Source: Eledone cirrhosa (taxonomy: Eukaryota). Taken from it: a stretch of DNA of 64,000 nt. The position numbers and the translations under genes were made by a program. Position 1 is the first letter of the stretch. Each line of letters opens with the position of its first letter. Below the pieces are notes generated by a model. The model did no database searches. It was not told the DNA's origin and saw nothing but the letters and a program-made list of their open reading frames with translations. Below, one piece after another: positions 52,401-64,000 of the stretch. The stretch spans positions 345,340,001 to 345,404,000 of the forward strand of contig OZ024743.1 in NCBI GenBank assembly GCA_964016885.1, in the 5' to 3' direction.

Positions 52401-55400
52401 TAGTGTTGGTGGTGGTAGTGTTGATGGTGGTAAAGTTGGTGGTGGTAGTGTTTGGTGGTGGTAGTGTAGGTGGTGGTAGTGTTGGTGGTGGTAGTGTAGG
52501 TGGCATTAGCGTTGGTGGTGGTAGTGTTGGTGGTGGTTGTGTTGGTGGTGGTAGTGTTGGTGGTGGTAGCGTTGGTGATGGTAGTGTTGGTGGTGGTTGT
52601 GTTGGTGGTGGTAGTGTTGGTGGTGGTAGTGATGGTGGTGGTAGAGTTGTTGGTGGTAGAGTTGGTGGTGGTATAGTTGGTGGTGGTAGTGATGGTGGTG
52701 GTAGAGTTGGTGGTGATAGTGTTGGTGGTGGTAGTATTGTTAGTGGTAGTGTTTGGTGGTGGTAATGTTGGTGGTAGTATTGTTGGTGGTGGTAGTGTTG
52801 GTGGTGGTTGTGTTGGTGGTGGTAGTGTTGGTGGTGGTAGAGTTTGAGGTCGTAGAGTTGGTGGTGGTAGTGTTGGTGGTAGTAGTGTTGGTGGTGGTAG
52901 ATTTGGTGGTGGTAGTGTTGGTGGTGGTAGTGTTGATGTTGGTAGAGTTGGTGGTGGTAGTGTTTGGTGGTGGTAGTGTAGGTGGTGGTAGTGTTGGTGG
53001 TGGTAGTGCTGGTGGTAAGAGTTGGTGGTGGAAGAGTTGGTGGTGGTAGTGTTGGTGGTGGTAGTGTTGGTGGTAGTAATGTTGGTGGTGGTAGAGTTGG
53101 TGGTGGCAGTTTAGGTGGTGGTAGTGTTTGTGGTGGTAGCGTTGGTGGTGGTAGTGTTGGTGGTAGTAGTGTTGGTGGTGGTAGCGTTTGGTGGTGGTAG
53201 TGTTGGTGGTGGTAGTGTTGGTGGTAGTGTTGGTGGTGGTTGAGTTTGGTGGTGGTAGTGTTGGTGATGGTAGTGTTGGTGGTGATAATGTTGGTGGTGG
53301 TAATGTTGATGGTGGTAGTCTTGGTGGTAGTAGCGTTTGGTGGTGGTAGTATTGGTGGTGGTAGTGTTGGCGGTAGTAGTGTTGGTGGTGGTAGTGTTGG
53401 TGGCAGTAGTGTTGGTGGTGGTAGAGTTGGTGGTGTTAGTGTTGGTGGTAGTAGTGTTGGTGGTGGTATTGTTGGTCGGTGGTAGTGTTGGTGGTAGTGT
53501 TGGTGGTGGTAGATTTGGTGGTGGTAGTGTTGGTGGTGGTAATGTTGGTGGTAGTAGTGTTGGTGGTGGTAGTGTTGGTGGTGGTAGTGTTGTTGGTGGT
53601 AGTGTTGGTGGTAGTAGTGTTGGTGGTGGTAGAGTTGGTGAAGGCATTGTTGGTCGGTGGTAGTGTTGTTGGTGGTAGTGTTGGTGGTGGTAGTGTTGGT
53701 GGTGGGAGTGTTGGTGGTGGTAGTATTGGTGGTAGTGTTGGTGGTGGTTGAGTTTGGTGAAGGTGGTGTTGGTGGTGGTAATGTTGGTGGTGGCAGTATT
53801 GGTGGTGGTAGTGTTTGTGGTGGTAGCGTTTGGTGGTGGTAGTGTTGGTGGTAGTAGTGTTGGTGTGGTAGCGTTTGGTGGTGGTAGTGTTGGTGGTAGT
53901 AGTGTTGGTGGTGGTAGAGTTGGTGGCAGTGTTGGTGGTGGTTGAGTTTTGTGGTGGTATTGTTGGTCGCTGGTAGTGTTGGTGGTGGTAGAGTTGGCGG
54001 TGGTTGTGTTTAGGTGGTAGTGTTGGTGGTAGTATTGTTGGTGGTGGTAGTGTTGGTTTTGGTAGTGTTGGTGGTGGTAGTGTTGGTGGTGGTAGAGTTT
54101 GAGGTGGTAGAGTTGGTGGTGGTAGTGTTGGTGGTAGTAGTGTTGGTGGTGGTAGTGTTGGTGGTGGTAGTTTTGGTGGTGGTAGTGTTGGTGGTGGTAG
54201 TGTTGGTGGTGGAAGTGTTGGTGGTGGTAGTGTTGGTGGCGGTAGTGTTGGTGGTGGTAGTGTTGTTGGTGGTAGTGTTGGTGGTGGTAGTGTTGGTGGT
54301 GGTAGTGTTGATGGTGGTAGAGTTGGTGGTGGTAGTGTTTGGTGGTGGTAGTGTAGGTGGTGGTAGTGTTGGTGGTCGTAGTGCTGGTGGTAGTAGCGTT
54401 GGTGATGGTAGTGTTGGTGGTGGTAGTGTTGGTGGTAAGAGTTGGTGGTGGAAGAGTTGGTGGTGGTAGTGTTGGTGGTGGTAGTGTTGGTGGTGGTAGT
54501 GATGGTGGTGGTAGAGTTGGTGGTGGTAGAGTTGTTGGTGGTAGAGTTGGTGGTGATAGTGTTTGGTGGTGGTAGTGTTGGTGGTGGTAGGGTTGGTGGT
54601 GGTAGTGTAGGTGGCATTAGCGTTGGTGGTGGTAGTGTTGGTGGTGGTTGTGTTGGTGGTGGTAGTGTTGGTGGTGGTAGCGTTGGTGATGGTAGTGTTG
54701 GTGGTGGTTGTGTTGGTGGTGGTAGTGTTGGTGGTGGTAGTGATGGTGGTGGTAGAGTTGTTGGTGGTAGAGTTGGTGGTGGTATAGTTGGTGGTGGTAG
54801 TGATGGTGGTGGTAGAGTTGGTGGTGATAGTGTTGGTGGTGGTAGTATTGTTAGTGGTAGTGTTTGGTGGTGGTAGTGTTGGTGGTGGTAGTGTTGGTGG
54901 TGGTAGTGTTGGTGGTGGTAGAGTTGGTGGTGGTAGTGTTTGGTGGTGGTAGTGTTGGTGGTGGTAGTGTTGGTGGTGGTAGTGTAGGTGGCATTAGCGT
55001 TGGTGGTGGTAGTGTTGGTGGTGGTTGTGTTGGTGGTGGTAGTGTTGGTGGTGGTAGTGATGGTGGTGGTAGAGTTGGTGGTGGTAGATTTGGTGGTGGT
55101 AGTGTTGGTGGTGGTAGTGTTGGTGGTAGTAGTGTTGGTGGTGGTAGAGTTGGTGGTAGTGTTGGTGGTGGTTGAGTTTGGTGGTGGTAGTGTTGGTGGT
55201 GGTAGTGTTGGTGGTAGTGTCGGTGGTGTTTGAGTTTGGTGGTGGTAGTGTTGGTGGTGGTAGTGTTGGTGGTGGTAGTGTTGATGGTGGTAGTGTTGGT
55301 GGTGGTAGCGTGTGGTGGTAGTAGTGTTGGTGGTGGTAGTGTTGGTGGTAGTAGTGTTGGTGGTGGTAGAGTTGGTGATGGTATTGTTTGTCGCTGGTAG

Positions 55401-58400
55401 TGTTGGTGGTGGTAGTGTTTCTGGTGGTAGAGTTGGCGGTGGTAGTGTTTGTGGTGGTAGTGTTGGTGGTAGTATTGTTGGTGGTGGTGGTGTTGGTGGT
55501 GGTAGTGTTGGTGGTGGTAGTGTTGGTGGTGGTAGTGTTGGTGGTAGTGTTGGCGGTGGTAGTGTTTGGTGGTGGTAGTGTTGGTGGTGGTAGTGTTGGT
55601 GGTGGTAGTGTTGGTGTTGGTAGTGTTGGAGGTGGTAGTGTTGGTGGTAGTGTTGCTAGTGGTAGTTTTGGCGGTGGTAGTGCTGGTGGTGGTAGCGTTT
55701 GCCTGTGGTAGTGTTGGTGGTGGTAGTGTTAGTGCTGGTAGTACTGGTGGTGGTAGAATTTGGTGGTGGTAGTGTTGGTGGTGGTAGTGTTGGTGGTGGT
55801 AGTGTTGGTGGTGGTAGAGTTGATGGTGGTAGTGTTGGTGGTGGTAGTGTTGGTGGTGGTAGAGTTGGTGGTGGTAGAGTTGGTGGTGGTAGTGTTGGTG
55901 GTGGTAGTGTTGGTGGTGGTAGAGTTGGTGGTGGTAGTGTTGGTGCTGGTATTGTTGGTGGTTGTAGAGTTGGTGGTGGTGGAGTTGGTGGTGGTAGTGT
56001 TGGTGGTGGTAGTGTTGGTGGTAGTAGTGTTGGTGGTGGTAGAGTTGGTGGTGGTAGAGTTGTTGGTGGTAGAGTTGGTGGTGGTAGAGTTGTTGGTGGT
56101 AGTGTTGGTGGTGGTAGTGTTGGTGGTGGTAGTGTTTTGAAGGTGGTAGAGTTGGTGGTGGTAGTGTTTGGTGGTGGTGGTACTGTAGGTGGTGGTAGTG
56201 TTAGTGGTAGTAGTGCTGGTGGTAGTAGCGTTGGTGATGGTAGTGTTGGTGGTGGTAGTGTTGGTGGTAAGAGTTGGTGGTGGTAGTGTTGGTGGTGGTA
56301 GTGTTGGTGGTGGTAGAGTTGGTGGTGGTAGTGTTGGTGGTGGCAGTGTTGTTGGTGGTAGTGTTGGTGGTGGTAGTGTTGGTGGTGGTAGTGTTGGTGG
56401 TAGTGTTGGTGGTGGTAGTGTTGGTGGTGGTAGTGTTGGTGTTGGTAGTGTTGGTGGTAGTGTTGGCGGTGGTAGTGTTTGGTGCTGGTAGTGTTGGTGG
56501 TGGTAGTGTTGGTGGTGGTAGTGTTGGTGGTGATAGTGTTGGTGGTGGTAGCGTTGGTGGTAGTGTTGGTGGTGGTAGTGTTGGCGATGGTAGTGCTGGT
56601 GGTGGTATGGTTTGGTTGTTGTAGTGTTGGTGGTGGTAGTTTTAGTGGTGGTAGTGTTGGTGGTGGTAGTGTTAGTGGTGGTAGAATTTGGTGGTGGTAG
56701 TGTTGGTGGTGGTAGTGTTGGTGGTGGTAGTGTTGGTGGTAGCAGTGTTTGTTGGTGGTAGTGTTGGTGGTGGTAGTGTTGGTGGTGGTAGTGTTGGTGG
56801 TAGTAGAGTTGGTGGTGGTAGTGTTGGTGGTTGTAGTGTTGGTGTTAGTGTTGGTGGTGGTAGAGTGTGGTGTTGGTAGTGTTGTTGGTCGTAGTGTCGG
56901 TGGTGGTAGTGTTGGTGGTGGTAGAAGTTGGTGATTGTTGTATTGGTGGTGGTAGTGTTGGTGGTAATGTTGGTGGTGGTAGTGTTGGTGGTGGTAGAGT
57001 TGGTGGTGGTAGTGTTTGGTGGTGGTAGTGTTGGTGGTGGTAGTGTTGGTGGTGGTAGTGTTGGTGGTGGTAGTGTTGTTGGTGGTAGTGTTGGTGGTGG
57101 TAGAGTTGGTGGTGGTAGTATTTGGTGGTGGTAGTGTTGGTGGTGGCAGTATTGGTGGTGGTAGTGTTGGTAGTGGTAGTGTTGGTGGTGGTAGTGTTGG
57201 TGTCGGTAGTGTTTCATGGTGGTAGTGTTGGTGGTGGTAGAGTTGTTGGTGATAGTGTTGGTGGTGGTAGTGTTGGTGTCGGTAGTGTTTCATGGTGGTA
57301 GTGTTGGTGGTGGTAGTGTTAGTGGTGATAGTGTTGGTGGTGGTAGCGTTGGTGGTGGTAGTGTTGGTGGTAGTAGTGTTTGGTGGTGGTAGTGTTGGTG
57401 GTGGTAATGTTGGTGGTGGTAGTGTTGGTGGTGGTAGTGTTGGTGGTGGTAGTGTTAGTGGTGGTAGTGTTGGTGGTGGTAGAATTTGGTGGTGGTAGTG
57501 TTGATGGTGGTAGAGTTGGTGGTGGTAGTGTTGGTGGTAGTAGTGTTGGTGGTGGTAGTGTTTGGTGGTGGTAGTGTTGGTGGTGGTGGTGTTGGTGGTG
57601 GTAGTGTTGGTGGTGGTAGAGTTGATGGTGGTAGTGTTGGTGGTGGTAGTGTTGGTGGTGGTAGAGTTGGTGGTGGTAGTGTTGGTGGTGGTAGTGTTGG
57701 TGGTAATGTTGGCGGTGGTAGTGTTTGGTGGTGGTAGTGTTGGTGGTGGTAGTGTTGGTGTTGGTAGTGTTGGAGGTGGTAGTGTTGGTGGTAGTGTTGT
57801 TAGTGGTAGTCTTGGCGGTAGTAGTGCTGGTGGTGGTAGCGTTTGCCTGTGGTAGTGTTGGTGGTGGTAGTGTTGGTGGTAGTAGTGTTGGTGGTGGTAG
57901 AGTTGGTGGTGGTAGAGTTGTTGGTGGTAGAGTTGGTGGTGGTAGAGTTGTTGGTGGTAGTGTTGGTGGTGGTAGTGTTGGTGGTGGTAGTGTTTTGAAG
58001 GTGGTAGAGTTGGTGGTGGTAGTGTTTGGTGGTGGTGGTACTGTAGGTGGTGGTAGTGTTAGTGGTAGTAGTGATGTGGTGGTAGAGTTGGTGGTGATAG
58101 TGTTGGTGGTGGTAGTGTTGGTGGTGGTAGTGTTGGTGGTGGTAATGTTGATGGTGGTAGTGTTTGGTGGTGGTAGTGTTAGTGCTGGTAGTGTTGGTGG
58201 TGGTAGAATTTGGTGGTGGTAGTATTGGTGGTGGTAGAGTTGGTGGTGGTACTGTTGGTGGTAGTAGTGTTTGGTGGTGGTAGTGTTTGGTGGTGGTAGT
58301 GTTGGTGGTGGTAGTGTTGGGGGTGGTAGAGTTGGTGGTGGTAGTGTTGGTTGTGGTAGTGTTGATGTTAGTGTTGGTGGTGGTAGAGTATGGTGGTGGT

Positions 58401-61400
58401 AGTGTTGTTGGTGGTAGTGTCGGTGGTGGTAGTGTTGGTATTGGTAGAGTTTGGTGGTGGTAGTGTTGGTGGTGGTAGTATTGGTGGTTGTTGTGTTGGT
58501 GGTGGTAGTGTTGGTGGTGGTAGAATTGGTGGTGGTAATATTTGGTGGTGGTAGTGTTGGTGGTGGTAGTGTTGGTGGTGGTAGAGTTGGTGGTGGTAGA
58601 GTTGGTGGTGGTAGAGTTGGTGGTGGTAGTGTTGGTGGTGGTAGTGTTGGTGGTGGTAGTGTTGGTGGTTGTAGTGTTGGTGGTAGTGTTGGTGGTGGTA
58701 GTGTTGGTGGTCGTAGTGTTGGTGGTGGTAGTGTTGGTGGTAGTGTTGGCGGTGGTTGTGTTTGGTGGTGGTAGTGTTGGTGGTGGTAGTGTTGGTGGTG
58801 GTAGTGTTGGTGGTGGTAGCGTTAGTGGTAGTGTTTGTAGTGGTAGTGTTGGCGATGGTAGTGCTCGTGGTGGTATGGTTTGGCTGTGGTAGCAGTGTTT
58901 GTTGGTGGTAGTGTTGGTGGTGGTAGTGTTGGTGGTGGCAGTGTTGGTGGTGGTAGAGTTGGTGGTGGTAGTGTTGGTGGTTGTAGTGTTGGTGGTAGTG
59001 TTGGTGGTGGTAGAGTTTGGTGGTGGTAGTGTTGTTGGTCGTAGTGTCGGTGGTGGTAGTGTTGGTGGTGGTAGAATTTGGTGGTAGTAGTATTGGTGGT
59101 GGTAGTGTTGATGGTGGTAGTGTTGGTGGTGGTTGGTGGTAGTGTTGGTGGTGGTAGAGTTGGTGGTGGTAGTGTTTGGTGGTGGTAGTGTTGGTGGTGG
59201 TAGTGTTGGTGGTGGTAGTGTTGGTGGTGGTAGTGTTTGGTGGTGGTGGTAGTGTTGGTGGTGGTAATGTTGGTGGTGGTAGTGTTGGTGGTGGTAGTGT
59301 TGTTGGTGGTAGTGTTGGTGGTGGTAGTGTTAGTGGTGGTAGTGTTGGTGGTGGTAGTGTTGGTGGTGGTAGAATTTGGTGGTGGTAGTGTTGATGGTGG
59401 TAGAGTTGGTGGTGGTAGTGTTGGTGGTGGTAGTGTTGGTGGTGGTAGAGTTGGCGGTGGTAGAGTTGGTGGTGGTAGTGTTGGTGGTGGTAGTGTTGGT
59501 GGTGGTAGTGTTGGTGGTGGTAGTGTTGGTGGTGGTAGTGTTGTTCGTGGTAGTGTTGGTGGTGGTAATGTTGGTGGTGGTAGAGTTGGCGGTGGTAGTG
59601 TTGGTGGTGGTAGTGTTGGCGGTGGTAGTATTGGTGGTGGTAGTGTTGGTGGTGGTAGTGTTGTTGGTGGTAGTGCTGTTGGTGGTAGTGTTGGTGGTGG
59701 TAGTGTTGGTGGCGGTAGTGTTGGTGGTGGTAGTGTTGTTGGTGGTAGTGTTGGTTGTGATAGTGTTGGTGGTGGTAGTGTTGGTGGTGGTAGTATTGTT
59801 GGTGGTAGTGTTGGTAGTGGTAGTATTAGTGTTGGTAGTGTTGGTGGTGGTAGTGTTGGTGGTGGTAGTATTGTTGGTGGTAGTGTTGGTGGTGGTAGTA
59901 TTGGTGGTGGTAGTGTTGGTGGTGGTAGTATTGGTGGTGGTAGTGTTGGTGGTGGTAGTGTTGTTGGTGGTAGTGTTGGTAGTGGTAGTATTGTTGGTGG
60001 TAGTGTTGGTGGTGGTAGTATTGGTGGTGGTAGTGTTGGTGGTGGTAGTATTGGTGGTGGTAGTGTTGGTGGTGGTAGTATTGGTGGTGGTAGTGTTGGT
60101 GGTGGTAGTATTGGTGGTGGTAGTGTTGGTGGTGGTAGTATTGGTGGTGGTAGTGTTGGTGGTGGTAGTATTGGTGGTGGTAGTGTTGGTGGTGGTAGTG
60201 TTGGTGGTGGTAGTGTTGGTGGTGGTAGTATTGTTGGTGGTAGTGTTGGTGGTGGTAGTATTGGTGGTGGTAGTGTTGGTGGTGGTAGTATTGGTGGTGG
60301 TAGTGTTGGTGGTGGTAGTATTGTTGGTGGTAGTGTTGGTAGTGGTAGTATTAGTGTTGGTAGTGTTGGTGGTGGTAGTGTTGGTGGTGGTAGTATTGTT
60401 GGTGGTAGTGTTGGTGGTGGTAGTATTGGTGGTGGTAGTGTTGGTGGTGGTAGTATTGGTGGTGGTAGTGTTGGTGGTGGTAGTATTGGTGGTGGTAGTG
60501 TTGGTGGTGGTAGTGTTGTTGGTGGTAGTGTTGTTGGTGGTAGTGTTGGTGGTGGTAGTGTTGGTGGTGGTAGTGTTGGTGGTGATAGTGTTGGTGGTGG
60601 TAGTGTTGGTGGTGGTAGAGTTGGTGGTGGTAGTGTTTGGTGGTGGTAGTGTTGGTGGTGGTAGTGTCGGTGGTTGTAGTGTTGGTGGTGGTATTTTTGG
60701 TTGTAGTGTTGGTGGTGGTAGTGTTTGGTGGTGGTAGTGTTGGTGGTGGTAGCGTTTGGTTGTGGTAGTGTTGGCGGTGGTAGTGTTGTTGCTGGTAGCA
60801 TTTGGTTGTGGTACTGTTGGCGGTGGTATTGTTGGTGGTGGCAGTGTTGGCGGTGGTAGTGTTGGTGGTAGTGTTGGTGGTGGTAGTGTTGGTGGTAGTG
60901 TTGGTGGTGGTAGTGTTGATGGTGGTAAAGTTTGGTGGTGGTAGCGTTTGGTGGTGGTAGAGTTGGTGGTGGTAGAGTTGGTGGTGGTAGTGTTGGTGGT
61001 GGTAGTGTTGGTGGTGGTTGGTGGTAGAGTTGGTGGTGGTAGTGTTGGTGGTGGTAGCGTTTGGTGGTGATAGTGTTGGTGGTGATAGTGTTGGCGGTGG
61101 TAGTGTCGGTGATGGTAGTGTTGTTGGTGGTAGCGTTTGGTGGTGGTAGTGTTGGTGGTGGTAGTGTTTGGTGGTGGTAGTGTTGGTGGTGGTAACGTTT
61201 GGTGGTGGTAGTGTTGGTGGTGGTAGCGTTTGGTGGTGGTAGTGTTGCTGGTGGTAGTGTTGGCGGTGGTAGTGTTGGTGGTGGTAGTTTTGGCGGTGGT
61301 AGTGTTGGTGGTGGTATTGTTGGCGTTGGTAGTGTTGGTGGTGGTAGTTTTGGTGGTGGTAGTGTTGTGGTCGTAATTTTGGTGGAAGTGTTGTTCGAGG

Positions 61401-61750
61401 AAGTTTTGTTTGAAGTGTTGTTGGTGGTAGTTTTAGTGGTGGTAGTGTTGGTGGTCGTAATTTTGGTGGAAGTGTTGTTGGTGGTAGTTTTGGTGGAAGT
61501 GTTGTTGGTGGTAATGTTGGTAGTGGCAGAATTATTGGTAGTAGTCGTCGTCGTGTAGTGGGCTTGGCTGTGCTTATGGTGGTGGCTGTACAGATGGTGC
61601 TGGTTGTTCAGTGTTTGGTTTCTGTGGTGTTTGTGCTCGTCGTCGTTAATTTGCGGTAGTTGTAGTGGTTTGGTGGTGGGTGTAATCTTGATTGTACTGG
61701 TGATGGTGACTATGAAATTGTTGGTATTGTTAGCTGTAATAAATGTGGTC
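40440..61750. repeat. ~21 kb satellite/minisatellite of the 15-bp unit GGTGGTGGTAGTGTT with higher-order duplications
   Basis: Continuous array with 12-, 16- and 18-bp variants and decayed GTN edges. Identical ORF-track peptides recur at offsets 710, 1717 and 2782. Confidence 0.97.
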
Positions 61751-63039
61751 GTAGTTATAATGATGTATTTGGGGTTGCCATATATATGTATATATATGCG
61801 TATATATTGTGATATATATACGTTTATACATATGCATACACAGAAAGAAAGAGAGAGGATGGTGTGGGAGAGTGGTTCAGAGAGAGGGAGCCTGAAATAG
61901 ATGGAGGTTGTGAGAGAGGAGTTTTTGGGAGAGGAAGTTTGAGAGAGAGGCAGGTTATGAGAAAGAAAAAGAGATAAGTATATGCAAATTGTCTATGAAA
62001 ATCAGCATACATGAGTTTTTGTGTGGGTATTTTTAGCTGGGATCATATCGGAGGTACGTCAGTAACAGTGTGAGAGTCACTAATGGAACTCTTACATGAT
62101 CAAATCATAAAATACCAACAGTGAGATTCTCGTAAGCGTATTATCCATAAATATTGAAAATGCTCCAATCTACGCACCTATCCTATTAGTAATACTGATA
62201 ACATATATAGATATATATTTAATTGATTATATAATTACACATCAGACAAACGGGCATGATGTAAATTTCACTTACGCTCTTTCAATGGGAGCAACTTGGT
62301 CAGATCATAAACTCATTCGTTCTCACATAAATATGAAAATAAAACAAATAAAAACTATTCGAAAACACCAAATTGCTCGACATAAAAAAATGATGTTAGC
62401 AGGTTGAATGATGAAAGTATCGCAGAATTAATGGTAAGTTGTATCACATGCTATGCTATTGTAGTAATGTGTTTTTGATGGTGCAGTTTCAAGTTTATAA
62501 AGCTATTGTACTCATCACACTTCTCTATGTTACTGATATGGTTGACCAAGTATCTTTGACCCATTAACCAATTACATTCATTTCACATACGAGCTTTTGA
62601 GAAATCTGTGGCATCAAATGGTCTGACAAGATCAGAAAGAACGAGGCACGGTAAACTCTGCAATATCACCGGTATGGTAGCAAACTTAAACAAAGCAAAT
62701 CTGAGATATGTTGGCTACCTGGTAATAACAAATATAAAATGATAAGTTGGTCGCCGCCTATTGTGTCATGGAAGGGACAGGATGTGGAGTGACGAAGATG
62801 GAGCTGGGCTTCTTTTAGCTTAAGGACGCCAGACGTGCGGTCTTAAAATCGCAATTCATCAGGACGAACGGGGATCGTCACTGCTCATGATATGTAATGT
62901 TTGTGAATCGATAATATATACACACATTACATACATACACGAACATACCCCCACGCGCATACACACACACAAATGTATATATACATGTGTGTTAAGTAGG
63001 TTAAGGATTAAAAGGACTCAGTAAATGTGTGAAAAAAAA

Positions 63040-63335
63040 AAAATTATAGGTGTAATATAAAATAAGTGTTGAAAGTATGTGGCAAAGGTCCAGGTTGGTT
63101 AAAATAAGAGACAGTGTTCAGGAAAGGAAGAAGTCAATAATTGTTGAATATGTAAAAAGGTCCAGAATGTTTAAAATAAGAGAGAGTGTTCCTGGTTAAA
63201 ATAAGAGAGAGAGTGTTCAAGGTAAAAGTAAAGGAAATAAAGAAATGAATAAAATAGGTGTAATATTAAATAAGCGCGTAATATAAGATAAGTGTTGAGT
63301 GCGTGATAGCGGTCCAGAGAGTGTTCAAGGTGGAT
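63040..63335. repeat. Degenerate A-rich tandem repeat (ttaaaataagagagagtgttc-like units)
   Basis: The motifs aaaataagaga.agtgttc and taggtgtaatat.aaataag recur several times. Confidence 0.55.
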
Positions 63336-63509
63336 AAGTGTCCAAAATAGTATTTTGATGCCGAGAAAGGAGATGAGTTCTTATATGTGGGAACATTTTC
63401 AAAATTTCAGAATTAGAGTTAAAACAGGTTTTGGGAGATTTCAGATTTTCCTTTGCTTTTTCTTCGGAATTACCTAACACACACACATACATCAATATAT
63501 AACACACAC

Positions 63510-63571
<62 letters not shown>

Positions 63572-64000
63572 ATATATATATACATATAAATACAATTTGC
63601 GACTACTGTGAGTGGCAACTGTAGGAGAACGCTCTGCTTTCATGTTAATTAAATAATATTCCGTGTTAAAAATGCGTATTAACAGAAATATCTTTTCGTC
63701 ATTTGCGCAATACTCAAAACGCTTGAAAATAGCGAGATCGATGTATCAGATTTACATGCTTCATTGGTAATTACACGTAACAAGTTTTGCAAATGACAAC
63801 CTCAGAGCCTTCATTCAATCAATACAGGAACGAACGACAAGATCTTAGACACCATCCGCTTACAGAGAGGAGTGTGACTCGTCAGATCGGACGATGGAAA
63901 TAAAATGTCAATTCGTTTTTTCCAATTGTTGATACTATCTTTTGCTCGCAACTACTTTCCTATAAATTAACTTATGTCTCTCCCTTTCTCGCCGCTCTCC

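Noticed and set aside
42465-57835. Chi-like GCTGGTGG octamers in the satellite
   Set aside because: Single-base variants of the GTTGGTGG unit, with no relevance in a eukaryote.
40563-61558. Gly/Val-, Pro/Thr- and His-rich ORFs (mucin-, extensin- or beak-protein-like)
   Set aside because: They arise automatically from a 15-bp stop-poor unit. Frequent 16-bp variants shift the frame every few hundred bases, and no signal peptide or splice context was seen.
62740-62890. GC-richer segment, possible exon or ribozyme
   Set aside because: Stops in the frames examined, and CTGATGA lacks a matching GAAA arm.

Overview
Repeat-saturated eukaryotic, apparently intergenic or intronic DNA. The SINE families, microsatellite density and retroelement mix suggest a mollusc, probably an octopod cephalopod (inference). 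No host protein-coding gene can be supported, and nearly all ORF-track entries are microsatellite or satellite artefacts. Bases 1-40,400 are (TA)n/(TATG)n/(CA)n/(GTA)n microsatellites interleaved with tRNA-derived SINEs, Tx1/L1, RTE and RTE-X LINE remnants, several Penelope-like element (PLE) fragments (RT, GIY-YIG), a non-autonomous Helitron and a mariner end. Bases ~40,440-61,750 are a ~21 kb G/T-rich 15-bp satellite (GGTGGTGGTAGTGTT)n with kb-scale higher-order duplications. The most interesting signal is a set of short non-coding fold-back (palindromic) elements sitting in TA microsatellites, together with about a dozen minimal hammerhead-ribozyme (HHR) motifs. These include recurrent core variants: a U3-A8 compensatory pair, U.U at the base of stem II, an extra base after A9, and an ~80-nt stem II insertion. 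All calls were made by eye, coordinates are approximate to a few bases, and no database searches were run.
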